Assembly (NCBI GenBank): GCA_001603275.1
Contig: LUYM01000006.1
Coordinates: 450,532 to 474,531, forward strand
DNA length: 24,000 nucleotides
From: Actinomycetales bacterium Actino_02
GTDB lineage: Bacteria; Actinomycetota; Actinomycetes; Propionibacteriales; Propionibacteriaceae
Direction: 5' to 3'
The notes under the pieces were generated by a model, which worked only from the letters and a program-made list of their open reading frames with translations, was not told the DNA's origin and did no database searches. Shown here one piece after another: positions 15,455 to 24,000 of this stretch. The position numbers and the translations under genes are program-made. How positions within the stretch are numbered: the stretch's first letter is position 1; the number at the start of each line of letters is the position of its first letter.

Positions 15455-16516
15455 CTAGCCGAGTTCAGCGAAGGCGCGCTCGATGCCGGCGTGATCGGCC
15501 CTGCTGAGTTCCACGAAGAGCTGCGCCTCGATTCGCGGCTTGGCTGTGGTGCCGCCGCGCTTCCAGGTGCCAAGCACCCGTCCGGCCTTGACGATCGTGG
15601 GTCGGAACATACCGTTGTTGCCTGGGACGATCTGATCGGCGAACTGCGCAGGTACCGCGAAACTGCGATCGGCGTAGCCGAGTAGGTACTCGTCGAAGCC
15701 GGGGAGAAGTCGCAATCGGAGGGCGTCGCGACGATGCTGGGCGAGCAGATCGGGCAGGGCCGGATCCATCAGGTATTCGGTCCCGTCGAGCTGGACCGAT
15801 GCGAGCTCCCCGCGAATCGAGGCGATCGCTGCGCGGGACTCGGTGAGAGTGAGTGAGGCCCACCGGGCCAGGTCTGCGACGGTCGCCGGTCCGTGGCTGA
15901 GCAAGAAGCGTCGAGCCAGCTCGGCCAGTGCCTCGTCCCGGGCCAGGGCCCTGGGTGAGGGCACCCAGTCGGCATAGCTGGCAACCAGCTGCTCGTTGCC
16001 CTGCATCGGCCCCAGCACCAAGGTCGCCTCCTGGCAGAGTCGTCCGAGCAGGTGAATGCCGGTCTGGGGTTGGAGCAGCAGGCCTTCGGCAGCCCAATGC
16101 GCGAACAGCTCCTTGCGGGCCAGTTGCCCGCCGTCGGCCAGCGCCGCCAGAGCGAGGTTGGCGGCCCGCTCGGTCGTCGCCTTGGTGATGCCCAGGTCGG
16201 TGCGCCGCTTGTCCGCCGCGGACAGCATGCGCGTTGCAGTCAGCGACAGCATCCAGCCCAGATCCTCGGCGGGAACCAGGTGCAGGGTGCCGCGCATCGG
16301 CCACGAGCGCACGACGTGCCCCGAGGCCAGCGCCGCTTCGACGCCCGTACGGCTCCCGCCTGTGAACCGTAGAGCCACCGAGCTGAGCGCGCCGGGGAGA
16401 TCCTGAGCCTGCACCGCGCCCAGGTGTCGGACGACCTCAAGGGCGTCACCCAGGCGCGGCCCGGCCAGCCGCTGCGCAACCAGGCGAAGCAACCCCAGCT
16501 CCGGACGAGCGATCAT
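15455..16516 (-). CDS. winged-helix DNA-binding protein of the YcaQ/AlkZ (DUF1006) family
   Basis: The N-terminus LLRLVAQRLAGPR ... VVRHLGAVQAQD, the length of about 353 aa and the overall pattern match my recollection of this family. The start is set at ATG 16516. The upstream 24 codons are rejected. Confidence 0.8.
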   Translation of the reverse strand: MIARPELGLLRLVAQRLAGPRLGDALEVVRHLGAVQAQDLPGALSSVALRFTGGSRTGVEAALASGHVVRSWPMRGTLHLVPAEDLGWMLSLTATRMLSAADKRRTDLGITKATTERAANLALAALADGGQLARKELFAHWAAEGLLLQPQTGIHLLGRLCQEATLVLGPMQGNEQLVASYADWVPSPRALARDEALAELARRFLLSHGPATVADLARWASLTLTESRAAIASIRGELASVQLDGTEYLMDPALPDLLAQHRRDALRLRLLPGFDEYLLGYADRSFAVPAQFADQIVPGNNGMFRPTIVKAGRVLGTWKRGGTTAKPRIEAQLFVELSRADHAGIERAFAELG

Positions 16517-16655
16517 GGCGATGAGTATGCCGACTCGTGCTGACGTTCCGCGCCGGGCGCCTACGCGTCGCGTCTCACTCGGCAGCATCCACTGCCGCTG
16601 TCACGATCGATGGCCTCGACCCGTGAGGTCGCCCACAGGCCGAGGCTGCAGCTCG

Positions 16656-17336
16656 CTACTGCTCGACGTCCTCCACCAGCGGCGCCCCGCGCAGGGCGAC
16701 GATCCGCTGGGCCGTTGCGATCGCGACATCGAAGCCGAGATCGGGGTTCCTGATCAGCTTCTCGGTGGCGATCGCGTGGGCCCGGACGGCGGCGCGCCGG
16801 CCCCGCTTGGCGCGCTCGATCACCGGTGTCGCGGCGTCCCCGAGTGCGACCAAGGCGCGGCTCAGGCTGCGCTGGGTCGTGTAGTCGCCCCGTCCGAACT
16901 CGCCGGACAGCTCCCTGGCAAGCGCGGACGCCTCGGCCTCGGGCACCAGGTTGGCCGCCGTGCGCCAGGCCGTCCGAGCCACCTCGTCCTCGGCGTCGTG
17001 CAGGAGCTCGGCAGTGATCGCCGGCCAGGCACGCTGGTCGCCGAGCTTGGACAGGGTGTGCAGCGCCTGGGCGCGCGCCTGGGGGAACACCGAGGCCAGC
17101 TCCGGCAGCACCCGCTCGAGGGTGCGCGTCCGGTCGTGCTGGATCAGCGCCCAGGTGAGCATGTCGCGGACGAAGAAGTCCGGCTCGACGGTGAACCGCT
17201 CGACCAGCGGATCGATGTAGTGGTCGGCCGGACGCAGCCCGGCCGCCATCGCGGTCTGCAGTCGGACGGACGCCGACTCCGCCTCAAGGGCGTTCCTCAG
17301 CCGGCTCACCACGATCTCAATCTCATTCTGGGTCAT
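16656..17336 (-). CDS. HEAT-repeat protein
   Basis: There are repeated helical hairpins with the PBS-lyase/HEAT pattern (SVRLQTAMAAG, FVRDMLTWAL, ARAQALHTLSKLGD, EVARTAWRTAANL, RSLSRALVALGD, VRAHAIATEKL). ATG 17336 is preceded by GGAGGTGG. Confidence 0.78.
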   Translation of the reverse strand: MTQNEIEIVVSRLRNALEAESASVRLQTAMAAGLRPADHYIDPLVERFTVEPDFFVRDMLTWALIQHDRTRTLERVLPELASVFPQARAQALHTLSKLGDQRAWPAITAELLHDAEDEVARTAWRTAANLVPEAEASALARELSGEFGRGDYTTQRSLSRALVALGDAATPVIERAKRGRRAAVRAHAIATEKLIRNPDLGFDVAIATAQRIVALRGAPLVEDVEQ

Positions 17337-17363
17337 CTGGACCACCTCCACGATCCAGTGAAA

Positions 17364-17384
17364 ACCTTCACGTAACGTGAAGGT
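17364..17384. promoter_or_regulatory. Perfect 21-bp palindrome in a divergent promoter region
   Basis: ACCTTCACGT-A-ACGTGAAGGT is a perfect 10+1+10 palindrome. It is followed by two shorter palindromes, ggcaa-tcc-ttgcc (17395-17407) and atgtcc-t-ggacat (17408-17420). Confidence 0.5.
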
Positions 17385-17469
17385 CAAGTGGGGTGGCAAT
17401 CCTTGCCATGTCCTGGACATCGCTCGTCCGCTGTTGTCTGCTCGAACTGTCGTCAGCGAGGAGGTAGAG

Positions 17470-18000
17470 ATGGCCACGATCGTGTTCGGGATGAACCAAT
17501 CCCTGGACGGCCACGTCGATCACGACCGGTTCGGGCCGGGGCCGACGCTGTTTCGCCACTTCGTCGAGCAGACTCGGCAGCGCGCCGGGGCGGTCTATGG
17601 ACGCCGCATGTACGAGATCATGCGCTACTGGGACGACGAGCAGCCCGACTGGGACGACGACGAGCGTGCCTTCGCGCAGGCCTGGCGCGCCATGCCGAAG
17701 TGGGTGGTCTCGCACACGCTGACCTCGGTCGGCCCCAACGCCCAGCTGGTGACGGACGATCTCGCGGACGCCATCGCGAAGCTGAAGTCCGACCTCGACG
17801 GCTCGATCGAGGTGGCCGGACCCAAACTGGCCCAGGCCCTGACCGACCTCGGTCTGATCGATGAGTACCAGATCTACCTACACCCGGTCGTGATCGGCTC
17901 CGGCACCCCGTACTTCGCCGGCCCCCGTCCGCCGCTTCGGCTGATCGCCCACGAGGAGGTCGGTGATGGCGTCCTGAGACTGGTCTACGCCCCAGCCTGA
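17470..18000 (+). CDS. dihydrofolate reductase-family protein (RibD C-terminal domain type)
   Basis: IVFGMNQSLDGHV, the GRRMYE region and LIDEYQIYLHPVVIGSGTPYF are typical of the RibD_C/YwjB-like family. GAGGAGG lies 6 nt upstream of ATG 17470. Confidence 0.88.
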   Translation: MATIVFGMNQSLDGHVDHDRFGPGPTLFRHFVEQTRQRAGAVYGRRMYEIMRYWDDEQPDWDDDERAFAQAWRAMPKWVVSHTLTSVGPNAQLVTDDLADAIAKLKSDLDGSIEVAGPKLAQALTDLGLIDEYQIYLHPVVIGSGTPYFAGPRPPLRLIAHEEVGDGVLRLVYAPA

Positions 18001-18132
18001 GCATCGAGCTCGTCCGACCGCGTGAGGCCTCTCCGCAGGATGAACTCGCGCGATCGCTGGCAGCGACTCGCGACTCGGAGCTCAGTGTCCGGGCCTGGCG
18101 AAGGGAGGCGCAGGTCTCCCTATGATCGGTCC

Positions 18133-18483
18133 ATGCGGGGTGATGAGAAACGGGTCGTGGATGCCTTTGCGGCACATCTTGCGCGAGAAGGTTGGTCGGT
18201 CGAACTTGAGGTGGAGTTTTGCGACGTCGTCGCGCGGCGCGACGGCGAGACCATCTACGCGGAGGCTAAGGGGCGAACCGCCGCTATCGGTCTCGATGTC
18301 GACACCATGTTCGGGCAGTTGCTGCGTCGGATGAAGGAGCAGCCAGCGGCCGGGGACCAGTACGCCGTTGTCCTTCCGACGGAGGCGAAGTCGGCAGTCG
18401 TGCGGATCCCAGCGCGGGTTCGGGCGGCCTTGGGGATCCGGGCCTTCCTGGTGTCAGACGAAGGCGACGTCGCCGAACTCTGA
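18133..18483 (+). CDS. hypothetical small protein, candidate minimal PD-(D/E)XK nuclease fold
   Basis: At 116 aa, the layout is helix (EKRVVDAFAAHLAREGW), strand (SVELEVE), then CDVVARRDGETIYAEAKG. That gives E...D-x(12)-E-x-K spacing, as in YraN/Hjc-like proteins. GC3 is about 73% by hand count, below core genes. The SD is poor and the start is uncertain. Confidence 0.55.
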   Translation: MRGDEKRVVDAFAAHLAREGWSVELEVEFCDVVARRDGETIYAEAKGRTAAIGLDVDTMFGQLLRRMKEQPAAGDQYAVVLPTEAKSAVVRIPARVRAALGIRAFLVSDEGDVAEL

Positions 18484-18518
18484 CTGGCTTCGTGGCCCGC
18501 GGGTGATGGCCCATTGGG

Positions 18519-19178
18519 TCAGCGCATGCCGCAGGCCCACCAGTTCTCGGCGACCTGCTCGGGCTGGTCACAGATCAGGCCGTACATGTCGTAGTCCTGG
18601 GGGCTGGTCTTGGAGTAGAAGAAGCCGCCGGCGTCGTCGGGGATGCCTTGCCACACGGGGACGAAGGTTGCCGCACCGTCATAGGACGCGCGGCCGTCCG
18701 ACGACACAAGTGCCAAGAGTGGCGGCAGTGGGGCTCCGTAGTACTCCCTGGCTTCGGGGTTCTCCGTGAACGCCGGGCTGTCGAGGTGCTCGGCGAGCGC
18801 CGCGAACTCGTCCCGATGAGCCTGGAAGTACACCTCGCCGGACCACCAGAACCCCATCGGCGTGAAGGATGCGAAGGCGGCGACCGCCGCCACAGCGCCG
18901 ATGACGCTGGCCAGCCACTTGTGCCGCGGCGCCGTCCCCACTGCGATGCCGACCCCGATCAGCAGCAGCAGGTACAGGAGAGCGATCACGAACAAGTTCG
19001 CGGGGCGGACGATCAGCGCGCTCACGACGGGAGGCATGAGATGCCACTGAGCGAGCGGCACCATCCACAGCCGCGCGGTGAGGATGAGCCAGGACGCGCT
19101 CGCCAAGCCCACGCCGACAACGAAGCTGGTGCCTACCCGAGGCGCGTTCACGGGGCCTTGCGACGGTGTTGCCGACAC
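18519..19178 (-). CDS. hypothetical membrane protein (about 4 TM) with a C-terminal extracytoplasmic domain
   Basis: GC3 is native-like, about 95% in the first 40 codons sampled from the 3' end. It has hydrophobic segments and then a Trp/Tyr/Asp-rich soluble domain with two Cys residues. It starts at GTG 19178. I recognise no family. Confidence 0.7.
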   Translation of the reverse strand: MSATPSQGPVNAPRVGTSFVVGVGLASASWLILTARLWMVPLAQWHLMPPVVSALIVRPANLFVIALLYLLLLIGVGIAVGTAPRHKWLASVIGAVAAVAAFASFTPMGFWWSGEVYFQAHRDEFAALAEHLDSPAFTENPEAREYYGAPLPPLLALVSSDGRASYDGAATFVPVWQGIPDDAGGFFYSKTSPQDYDMYGLICDQPEQVAENWWACGMR

Positions 19179-19205
19179 ATTGTCAGGCTATCCGCGGACC
19201 CAAGT

Positions 19206-19391
19206 TCACGGGGTCGTGACCCTGTGCTGCAGCTCGGTCCAGACTTCCGGGTCGCTCCAGCTGGCGTAGGCCTCGGGCCACGGAACGGGCGCCTCGCCGC
19301 GCAGCCAGGCCAGAACCAGTGTCGGCTCGGTGTGGCAGCTGGCCTCCCGCGGGGCATGGACGACCTCGCGCCGCGGCCGATTCGGTGACCC
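19206..19391 (-). pseudogene. Start-less 61-codon open frame with a strong coding signature (gene remnant or non-canonical start)
   Basis: The minus-strand frame between TAA (19392-19394) and TGA (19206-19208) translates to GSPNRPRREVVHAPREASCHTEPTLVLAWLRGEAPVPWPEAYASWSDPEVWTELQHRVTTP. GC3 is about 88%, but the frame contains no ATG, GTG or TTG. Confidence 0.3.
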
Positions 19392-19420
19392 TTACTGAAG
19401 CCGCGAACGCGCTCTATCCG

Positions 19421-20260
19421 CTAGCGGGAGATGAAGGCAGCGAGAATCGTTAGGTACCAGGCCGCGACAATCAGAAGGCTGAGCAGCCCGACGTATCCGA
19501 CTATCAGGCCGGCAATCGCTAGCTCGCGGCCACCTTGCTTCGTGCGGTGGACCTGGGCGAGAGCGATATGGCCGAACACCACACCAAGTGCTGAGAGGCC
19601 AACAAGAGACAAGACGAGCGACACTATCGAGAACGCATTAGTGCCGGGCAGCGGTACGTCGACACCGTCGTGATTGACGACCGGGACCTGTTGATCCTGC
19701 GCGCTGCTCGGACGGAATCGGCTGGCGGGGGCCGAGCGCGCGATGAAATGTGCCGCCCATGCACCAGCGAACAAGCCAACAAGCGGGCCATAGAATCCTG
19801 CAAGCTCGCCTCCGGCGCTGGAGCCCACCACAGCAGCTACTGCCGGGACGACGAGCAGCAAGTAGCACAACAGGGGCCGATTCCGGACAATCAGCCAGGC
19901 GGCGAGGAGCCCGGCGAATACCACGGCACCGACCGCGGGCACTGCCACTGATGGCAGGAGTCGGGCCAGCGGCGGCAAGATCCAGTGATACGAGAAGAAG
20001 CCAACGAATCCGATTGCTGCAGCTGACAGCCGCCGCGCCAAGGAGCCCGGCAGGACGGCCCAGCCCAATGTGAATCCAAGCCCCATCAGCACACCGACTG
20101 TCATGGGCGTAGCGCTTGCAGGGGTCCAGCCGTCCACTTTGTAAAGGCCGCACACCATCAACAGGCTCAGCCCGAATCCATACCTGGTGAAGTCTTCGGA
20201 GCGAGCACTTCTGATTCGCGTGTCGGATGACGGCGCTCGGGATCCGCCAACTGCAGTCAT
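19421..20260 (-). CDS. polytopic membrane protein with a C-terminal DUF4190 domain
   Basis: The C-terminal NAFSIVSLVLSLVGLSALGVVFGHIALAQVHRTKQGGRELAIAGLIVGY matches the DUF4190 pattern. The N-terminal two thirds are multi-TM. ATG 20260 is preceded by GGAG; GTG 20266 is an alternative. GC3 is only about 70-76% by hand count. Confidence 0.78.
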   Translation of the reverse strand: MTAVGGSRAPSSDTRIRSARSEDFTRYGFGLSLLMVCGLYKVDGWTPASATPMTVGVLMGLGFTLGWAVLPGSLARRLSAAAIGFVGFFSYHWILPPLARLLPSVAVPAVGAVVFAGLLAAWLIVRNRPLLCYLLLVVPAVAAVVGSSAGGELAGFYGPLVGLFAGAWAAHFIARSAPASRFRPSSAQDQQVPVVNHDGVDVPLPGTNAFSIVSLVLSLVGLSALGVVFGHIALAQVHRTKQGGRELAIAGLIVGYVGLLSLLIVAAWYLTILAAFISR

Positions 20261-20377
20261 AGTCACTCCAAGAAGATTGAATCAAGTAGTGGCCGCATAC
20301 TATCCGCGCTGCATCGTCGCGGTCAGGAGGATTCCTGAACCGGTCCGTTGAGCGCTGAGTCCCATGCAGCCAGCCGG

Positions 20378-23300
20378 TCAGCCGATCCAGACCCGAGAGT
20401 TGCGGAACATCCGCAGCCAGGGGCTGGGCTCGTCCACGGGCGCGGACGTCCACGACAGCTGCGCGTTGCGGGCGACCCGCTCGGGGTGCGGCATCAGGGC
20501 GGTGAAGCGGCCGTCGGGCGTGGTCACAGCAGTGAGGCCGGCCGGGGAGCCGTTCGGGTTGTACGGGTAGGCCTCGGTGGGCCGGCCGTCGGGGCCGACG
20601 AAGTGCGCGGCCCGGCGGACGTTGGCCGCATCGCCACGGACGGAGAAGTCGGCGAAGCCTTCGCCGTGGGCGACGGCCACCGGAATCCGGCTGCCGGCCA
20701 TCCCGGCGAAGAAGATGGACGGGGATGCTGCCACCTCGACCTGGACCAGTCGTCCCTCGAACTGCTCGGAGCGGTTCCGGGTGAACGTCGGCCACGCCTC
20801 CGCGCCGGGGATCAGGTCGGCCAGCGCGGCGAACATCTGGCAGCCGTTGCAGATGCCCAGCCCGAAGGTGTCCGGACGGTTGAAGAACGTCGCGAATGCC
20901 TCGGTCAACGCGGGGTTGAACAGCACAGAGCGGGCCCAGCCCTCGCCAGCGCCCAGGGTGTCGCCGTAGGAGAAGCCGCCGCCGGCCACCAGGCCGACCA
21001 CGTCGGCCAGGTTGAAACGTCCGGCCTGCAAGTCGGTCATATGCACGTCGATCGCGTCGAAGCCGGCCTCGGCGAAAGCGTGGGCGGTCTCGACGTGGCT
21101 GTTCACGCCCTGCTCGCGCAGGATCGCCACCTTCGGCCGCACCCCGGTCGCGATGTAGGGCGCGGCGATGTTGTGAGTCGGGTCGAAGCTCGGCGCCACC
21201 ACCAGACCGCGGACGTCCGCGCCGAACGCGGCGTGCTCGGCGTCGGCGCATTCGGGGTTGTCGCGCAGGGCGGCGATCCGCCAGGAGACCTCGTCCCACG
21301 CCTGAGCCAGGTCGCGCAGGTCCTCGTCCAGCAGCACCTCGCCGGCCACGTCCACCCGCACCCGGCGTCCGGGCAAGGTGCAGCCGACCAGCGAACTCAG
21401 CTCGCCGAGGCCGTGCTTCGTAAGGATTGCGAGCACGGCGGTCTCGTTCTCCGGCGCGATGCCGAGCACCACGCCGAGCTCCTCGGCGAACAGCGCCTCG
21501 ACACTGGGCACGTCCACCAGCAAGCCGGACGCACTCGCGAAGCCCATTTCGCAGACCGCAGCCCACAGGCCGCCGTCCGATCGGTCGTGGTAGGCCTGCA
21601 CCAGGCCGGACGCCCGCAGCTCGGTCAGCGCCGCGGCCAGCGCCACCAGCCGGGACGGGTCGTCCAGGTCGGGGACGGTATCGCCGAACTGCCCGCTGAC
21701 CTGGGCCAGCATCGAGCCGCCGAGCCGGTTGGCCCCGGCGCCCAGGTCGACGAGCACCAGCGCGGAATCCTCGGCCAGCTGCGGGGTCCAGGTGCCGGCC
21801 ACCGAGGGCAGCGAGGCGAACGCCGAGACCACCAGCGACACCGGCGAGGTGACCTGCTTGTCGGTGCCGTCGGCGTCAGTCCAGCGGGTCCGCATCGACA
21901 GCGAGTCCTTGCCGACCGGAATCGAAATCCCTAGTGCCGGGCACAATTCGAGGGCCACGGCGGCCACGGTGTCGTACAGGGCGGCGTCCTCGCCGTCCTC
22001 ACCGCAGGCGGCCATCCAGTTGGCCGACAGCTTCACCGTGGACAGCTCCACCGGGGCGGCCAGCAGGTTGGTGAGCGCCTCGCCGACGGCCATCCGTCCC
22101 GAAGCCGGGGCGTTCACCGCAGCCAATGGCATCCGCTCACCCGAGGCCATCGCCTGACCGGCCAGGCCGGTGTAGTCCGCCAGGGTCACGGCGACATCGG
22201 ACACCGGCACCTGCCAGGGCCCAACCATCTGATCGCGGTGGTTCAGCCCGCCCACCGAGCGGTCGCCGATGGTGATCAGGAACCGTTTGGAGGCCACGCT
22301 CGGGTGCCGCAGCACCGCATAGGCGGCGGCTCGCAGATCGACGCCGTCCAACTCGAGCGCCGGGGACGTCCAGCTCACCCGGCGGATGTCGCGGGTCATC
22401 TTCGGCGGACGTCCGAGCAGCACCTCCATGGGCATGTCGATCGGACGGTCATCGTCCTCGGCGTCCTCAGCCGACGGTGCCAGCACCAGCTGGCCGTCGT
22501 CGCGAGCCACGCCGACCACCGCGAACGGGCAGCGCTCCCGAGCGCACAGCGCGGCGAAGCGGTCCAGCGATTCGGGGGCGATCGCCAGGACGTAGCGCTC
22601 CTGGCTCTCGTTGCTCCAGATCTCCTTCGGGGCCAGGCCGGATTCCTCCAGCGGCACCGCCGACAGGTCGAATCGGGCACCCAGCCCGGCCCCGTCCACC
22701 AGTTCGGGGAAGGCGTTCGAGAGCCCGCCCGCGCCGACGTCGTGGATCGACAGGATCGGGTTGTCCGCCCCAGCGCTCCAGCAGTGGTTGATCACTTCCT
22801 GGCAGCGCCGCTGAATCTCCGGGTTGCCGCGCTGCACCGAGTCGAAGTCGAGCTCGGCGGCATTCGCCCCGGCCGCCATGGACGAGGCCGCGCCACCGCC
22901 CATGCCGATCCGCATTCCCGGGCCGCCGATCTGGATCAGCAACGACCCGGCCGGGTAGGCGATCTTCTCGGTCTGGCTGGCACTGATCGCGCCCAGACCG
23001 CCCGCGCTCATGATCGGCTTGTGGTAGCCGCGGCGCACTCCGGCCACGGTCTGCTCGAAGACCCGGAAGAAACCGCCCAGGCCCGGACGTCCGAACTCGT
23101 TGTTGAACGCCGCACCGCCCAGCGGGCCGGCGATCATGATCTCCAGCGGCGAGGCGATGTGCTCCGGAGCGCCGAAGTCGTCGGCCTCCCAGGGCTCGTC
23201 GGTGCCGGGCAGGTGCAGATTCGAGACGGCGAAACCGGTCAGGCCGGCCTTGGGTGCCGAACCGCGTCCGGTGGCGCCCTCGTCGCGGATCTCGCCGCCG

Positions 23301-24000
23301 GAGCCGGTGGCCGCACCCGGGAAGGGGCTGATCGCGGTCGGGTGGTTGTGGGTCTCCACCTTCATCAGCACGTGCACTTCGTCGTCGCGATGGACGTAGC
23401 TGCTCGGCCGGTCCGCGGCTTCGGGGGCCCAGCGGCTGATCACGCCGCCGGCCATCACCGAGGCGTTGTCGCGGTAGGCGACAATGGTGCCGGCGCCATT
23501 GACCTTCTCGGTGTGCCGGATCATTCCGAACAAGGTGTGCTCGGCCGGGGTGCCGTCGATCACGAAATCGGCGTTGAAGATCTTGTGTCGGCAGTGCTCG
23601 GAGTTCGCCTGGGCGAACATCATCAGCTCGACATCGGTGGGGTTGCGCTTGAGTTCGGTGAAGGCGGTGACCAGATAGTCGATCTCGTCGTCGGACAGGG
23701 CCAGCCCGAAGGTCACGTTGGCTTCGGCGATTGCGTCCCGGCCAGCGCCCAGGACGTCCACGTGGGCCATCGGCTCGGCTTCGCGCTCGTTGAACAGCAC
23801 CGCCGAATCTTCGACGTCGGCGAAGACCGACTCGGTCATCCGGTCGTGCAGCAGGGCGGCGACGGCGTCCCACTCGTCCGACTTGAGGGTGCGGGTGCAG
23901 GCCAGCGAGTACTCGACGACGCGCTCGACACGGCGCACGGCGACCCCGCAGTTGTGGGCGATGTCGGTGGCCTTGGACGCCCACGGCGACAGCGTGCCCA
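20378..24000 (-). CDS. purL: phosphoribosylformylglycinamidine synthase, large single-chain form; N-terminus beyond the window edge
   Basis: [22 protein letters not shown] is present. The C-terminal glutamine amidotransferase domain has the [12 protein letters not shown] nucleophile elbow and AHGEG. The frame stays open upstream of the listed Met ([19 protein letters not shown], as in E. coli PurL) up to nt 24000. Confidence 0.95.
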   Translation of the reverse strand, partial: GTLSPWASKATDIAHNCGVAVRRVERVVEYSLACTRTLKSDEWDAVAALLHDRMTESVFADVEDSAVLFNEREAEPMAHVDVLGAGRDAIAEANVTFGLALSDDEIDYLVTAFTELKRNPTDVELMMFAQANSEHCRHKIFNADFVIDGTPAEHTLFGMIRHTEKVNGAGTIVAYRDNASVMAGGVISRWAPEAADRPSSYVHRDDEVHVLMKVETHNHPTAISPFPGAATGSGGEIRDEGATGRGSAPKAGLTGFAVSNLHLPGTDEPWEADDFGAPEHIASPLEIMIAGPLGGAAFNNEFGRPGLGGFFRVFEQTVAGVRRGYHKPIMSAGGLGAISASQTEKIAYPAGSLLIQIGGPGMRIGMGGGAASSMAAGANAAELDFDSVQRGNPEIQRRCQEVINHCWSAGADNPILSIHDVGAGGLSNAFPELVDGAGLGARFDLSAVPLEESGLAPKEIWSNESQERYVLAIAPESLDRFAALCARERCPFAVVGVARDDGQLVLAPSAEDAEDDDRPIDMPMEVLLGRPPKMTRDIRRVSWTSPALELDGVDLRAAAYAVLRHPSVASKRFLITIGDRSVGGLNHRDQMVGPWQVPVSDVAVTLADYTGLAGQAMASGERMPLAAVNAPASGRMAVGEALTNLLAAPVELSTVKLSANWMAACGEDGEDAALYDTVAAVALELCPALGISIPVGKDSLSMRTRWTDADGTDKQVTSPVSLVVSAFASLPSVAGTWTPQLAEDSALVLVDLGAGANRLGGSMLAQVSGQFGDTVPDLDDPSRLVALAAALTELRASGLVQAYHDRSDGGLWAAVCEMGFASASGLLVDVPSVEALFAEELGVVLGIAPENETAVLAILTKHGLGELSSLVGCTLPGRRVRVDVAGEVLLDEDLRDLAQAWDEVSWRIAALRDNPECADAEHAAFGADVRGLVVAPSFDPTHNIAAPYIATGVRPKVAILREQGVNSHVETAHAFAEAGFDAIDVHMTDLQAGRFNLADVVGLVAGGGFSYGDTLGAGEGWARSVLFNPALTEAFATFFNRPDTFGLGICNGCQMFAALADLIPGAEAWPTFTRNRSEQFEGRLVQVEVAASPSIFFAGMAGSRIPVAVAHGEGFADFSVRGDAANVRRAAHFVGPDGRPTEAYPYNPNGSPAGLTAVTTPDGRFTALMPHPERVARNAQLSWTSAPVDEPSPWLRMFRNSRVWIG

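Noticed and set aside
19210-19222. GGGGTCGTGACCC resembling the 5' core of the ZTP (pfl) riboswitch, noted because of the nearby purL
   Set aside because: It lies inside the coding-looking remnant. It is on the plus strand, whereas all neighbouring genes are on the minus strand. No downstream CCGCCTGGGC pseudoknot partner is present.
19638-23984. 642-aa, 528-aa and 505-aa ORFs overlapping purL and the DUF4190 gene
   Set aside because: They are extreme Arg/Gly/Pro shadow frames inside or antisense to purL, whose own frame carries textbook FGAM synthase motifs.
1-24000. CRISPR arrays, transposases/IS elements, integrases, rRNA/tRNA genes and known defence-system genes
   Set aside because: I looked for regularly spaced repeats, DDE/serine/tyrosine recombinase motifs and stable-RNA signatures and found none. 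The only exact repeats are the short ones reported above.

Overview
High-GC (about 70%) chromosomal window, most consistent with an actinobacterium. It is densely packed with housekeeping and accessory genes. I recognise about 27 protein-coding genes.

Left to right:
- The 3' end of a Zn-dependent MDR dehydrogenase.
- A DeoR regulator plus a 1-phosphofructokinase-family kinase, joined by an ATGA overlap.
- A co-directional block purD-purB-TSUP(TauE/SafE) permease-MFS transporter, with ATGA and GTGA overlaps.
- A roughly 0.65-kb ORF-poor, high-GC, helix-rich gap.
- A multi-TM histidine kinase and an OmpR-type response regulator. They are convergent and share a 4-nt stop overlap.
- A small two-repeat DivIVA-domain membrane protein.
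- An RluA-family pseudouridine synthase followed by trmL.
- PadR plus DUF1048, with a long operator-like palindrome upstream.
- A GNAT acetyltransferase.
- A YjdF/DUF2992 homologue behind a 275-nt lower-GC structured leader.
- A DUF2510/DUF4177 protein.
- A YcaQ/AlkZ-family winged-helix protein, then a HEAT-repeat protein.
- A RibD_C-type dihydrofolate-reductase-family protein.
- A mosaic accessory patch: a minimal PD-(D/E)XK-like protein, a membrane protein, a start-less coding remnant and a DUF4190 membrane protein.
- Most of a large single-chain purL running off the right edge.

I found no rRNA, tRNA, CRISPR array, transposase, integrase or recognisable defence system.

The least explained stretches are the non-coding 7.47-8.10 kb region, the leader upstream of the yjdF homologue, the repeat-bearing convergent spacer at 15.14-15.45 kb, and a perfect 21-bp palindrome at 17364-17384.

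All functional calls rest on motif recognition in the supplied translations, not on database searches.
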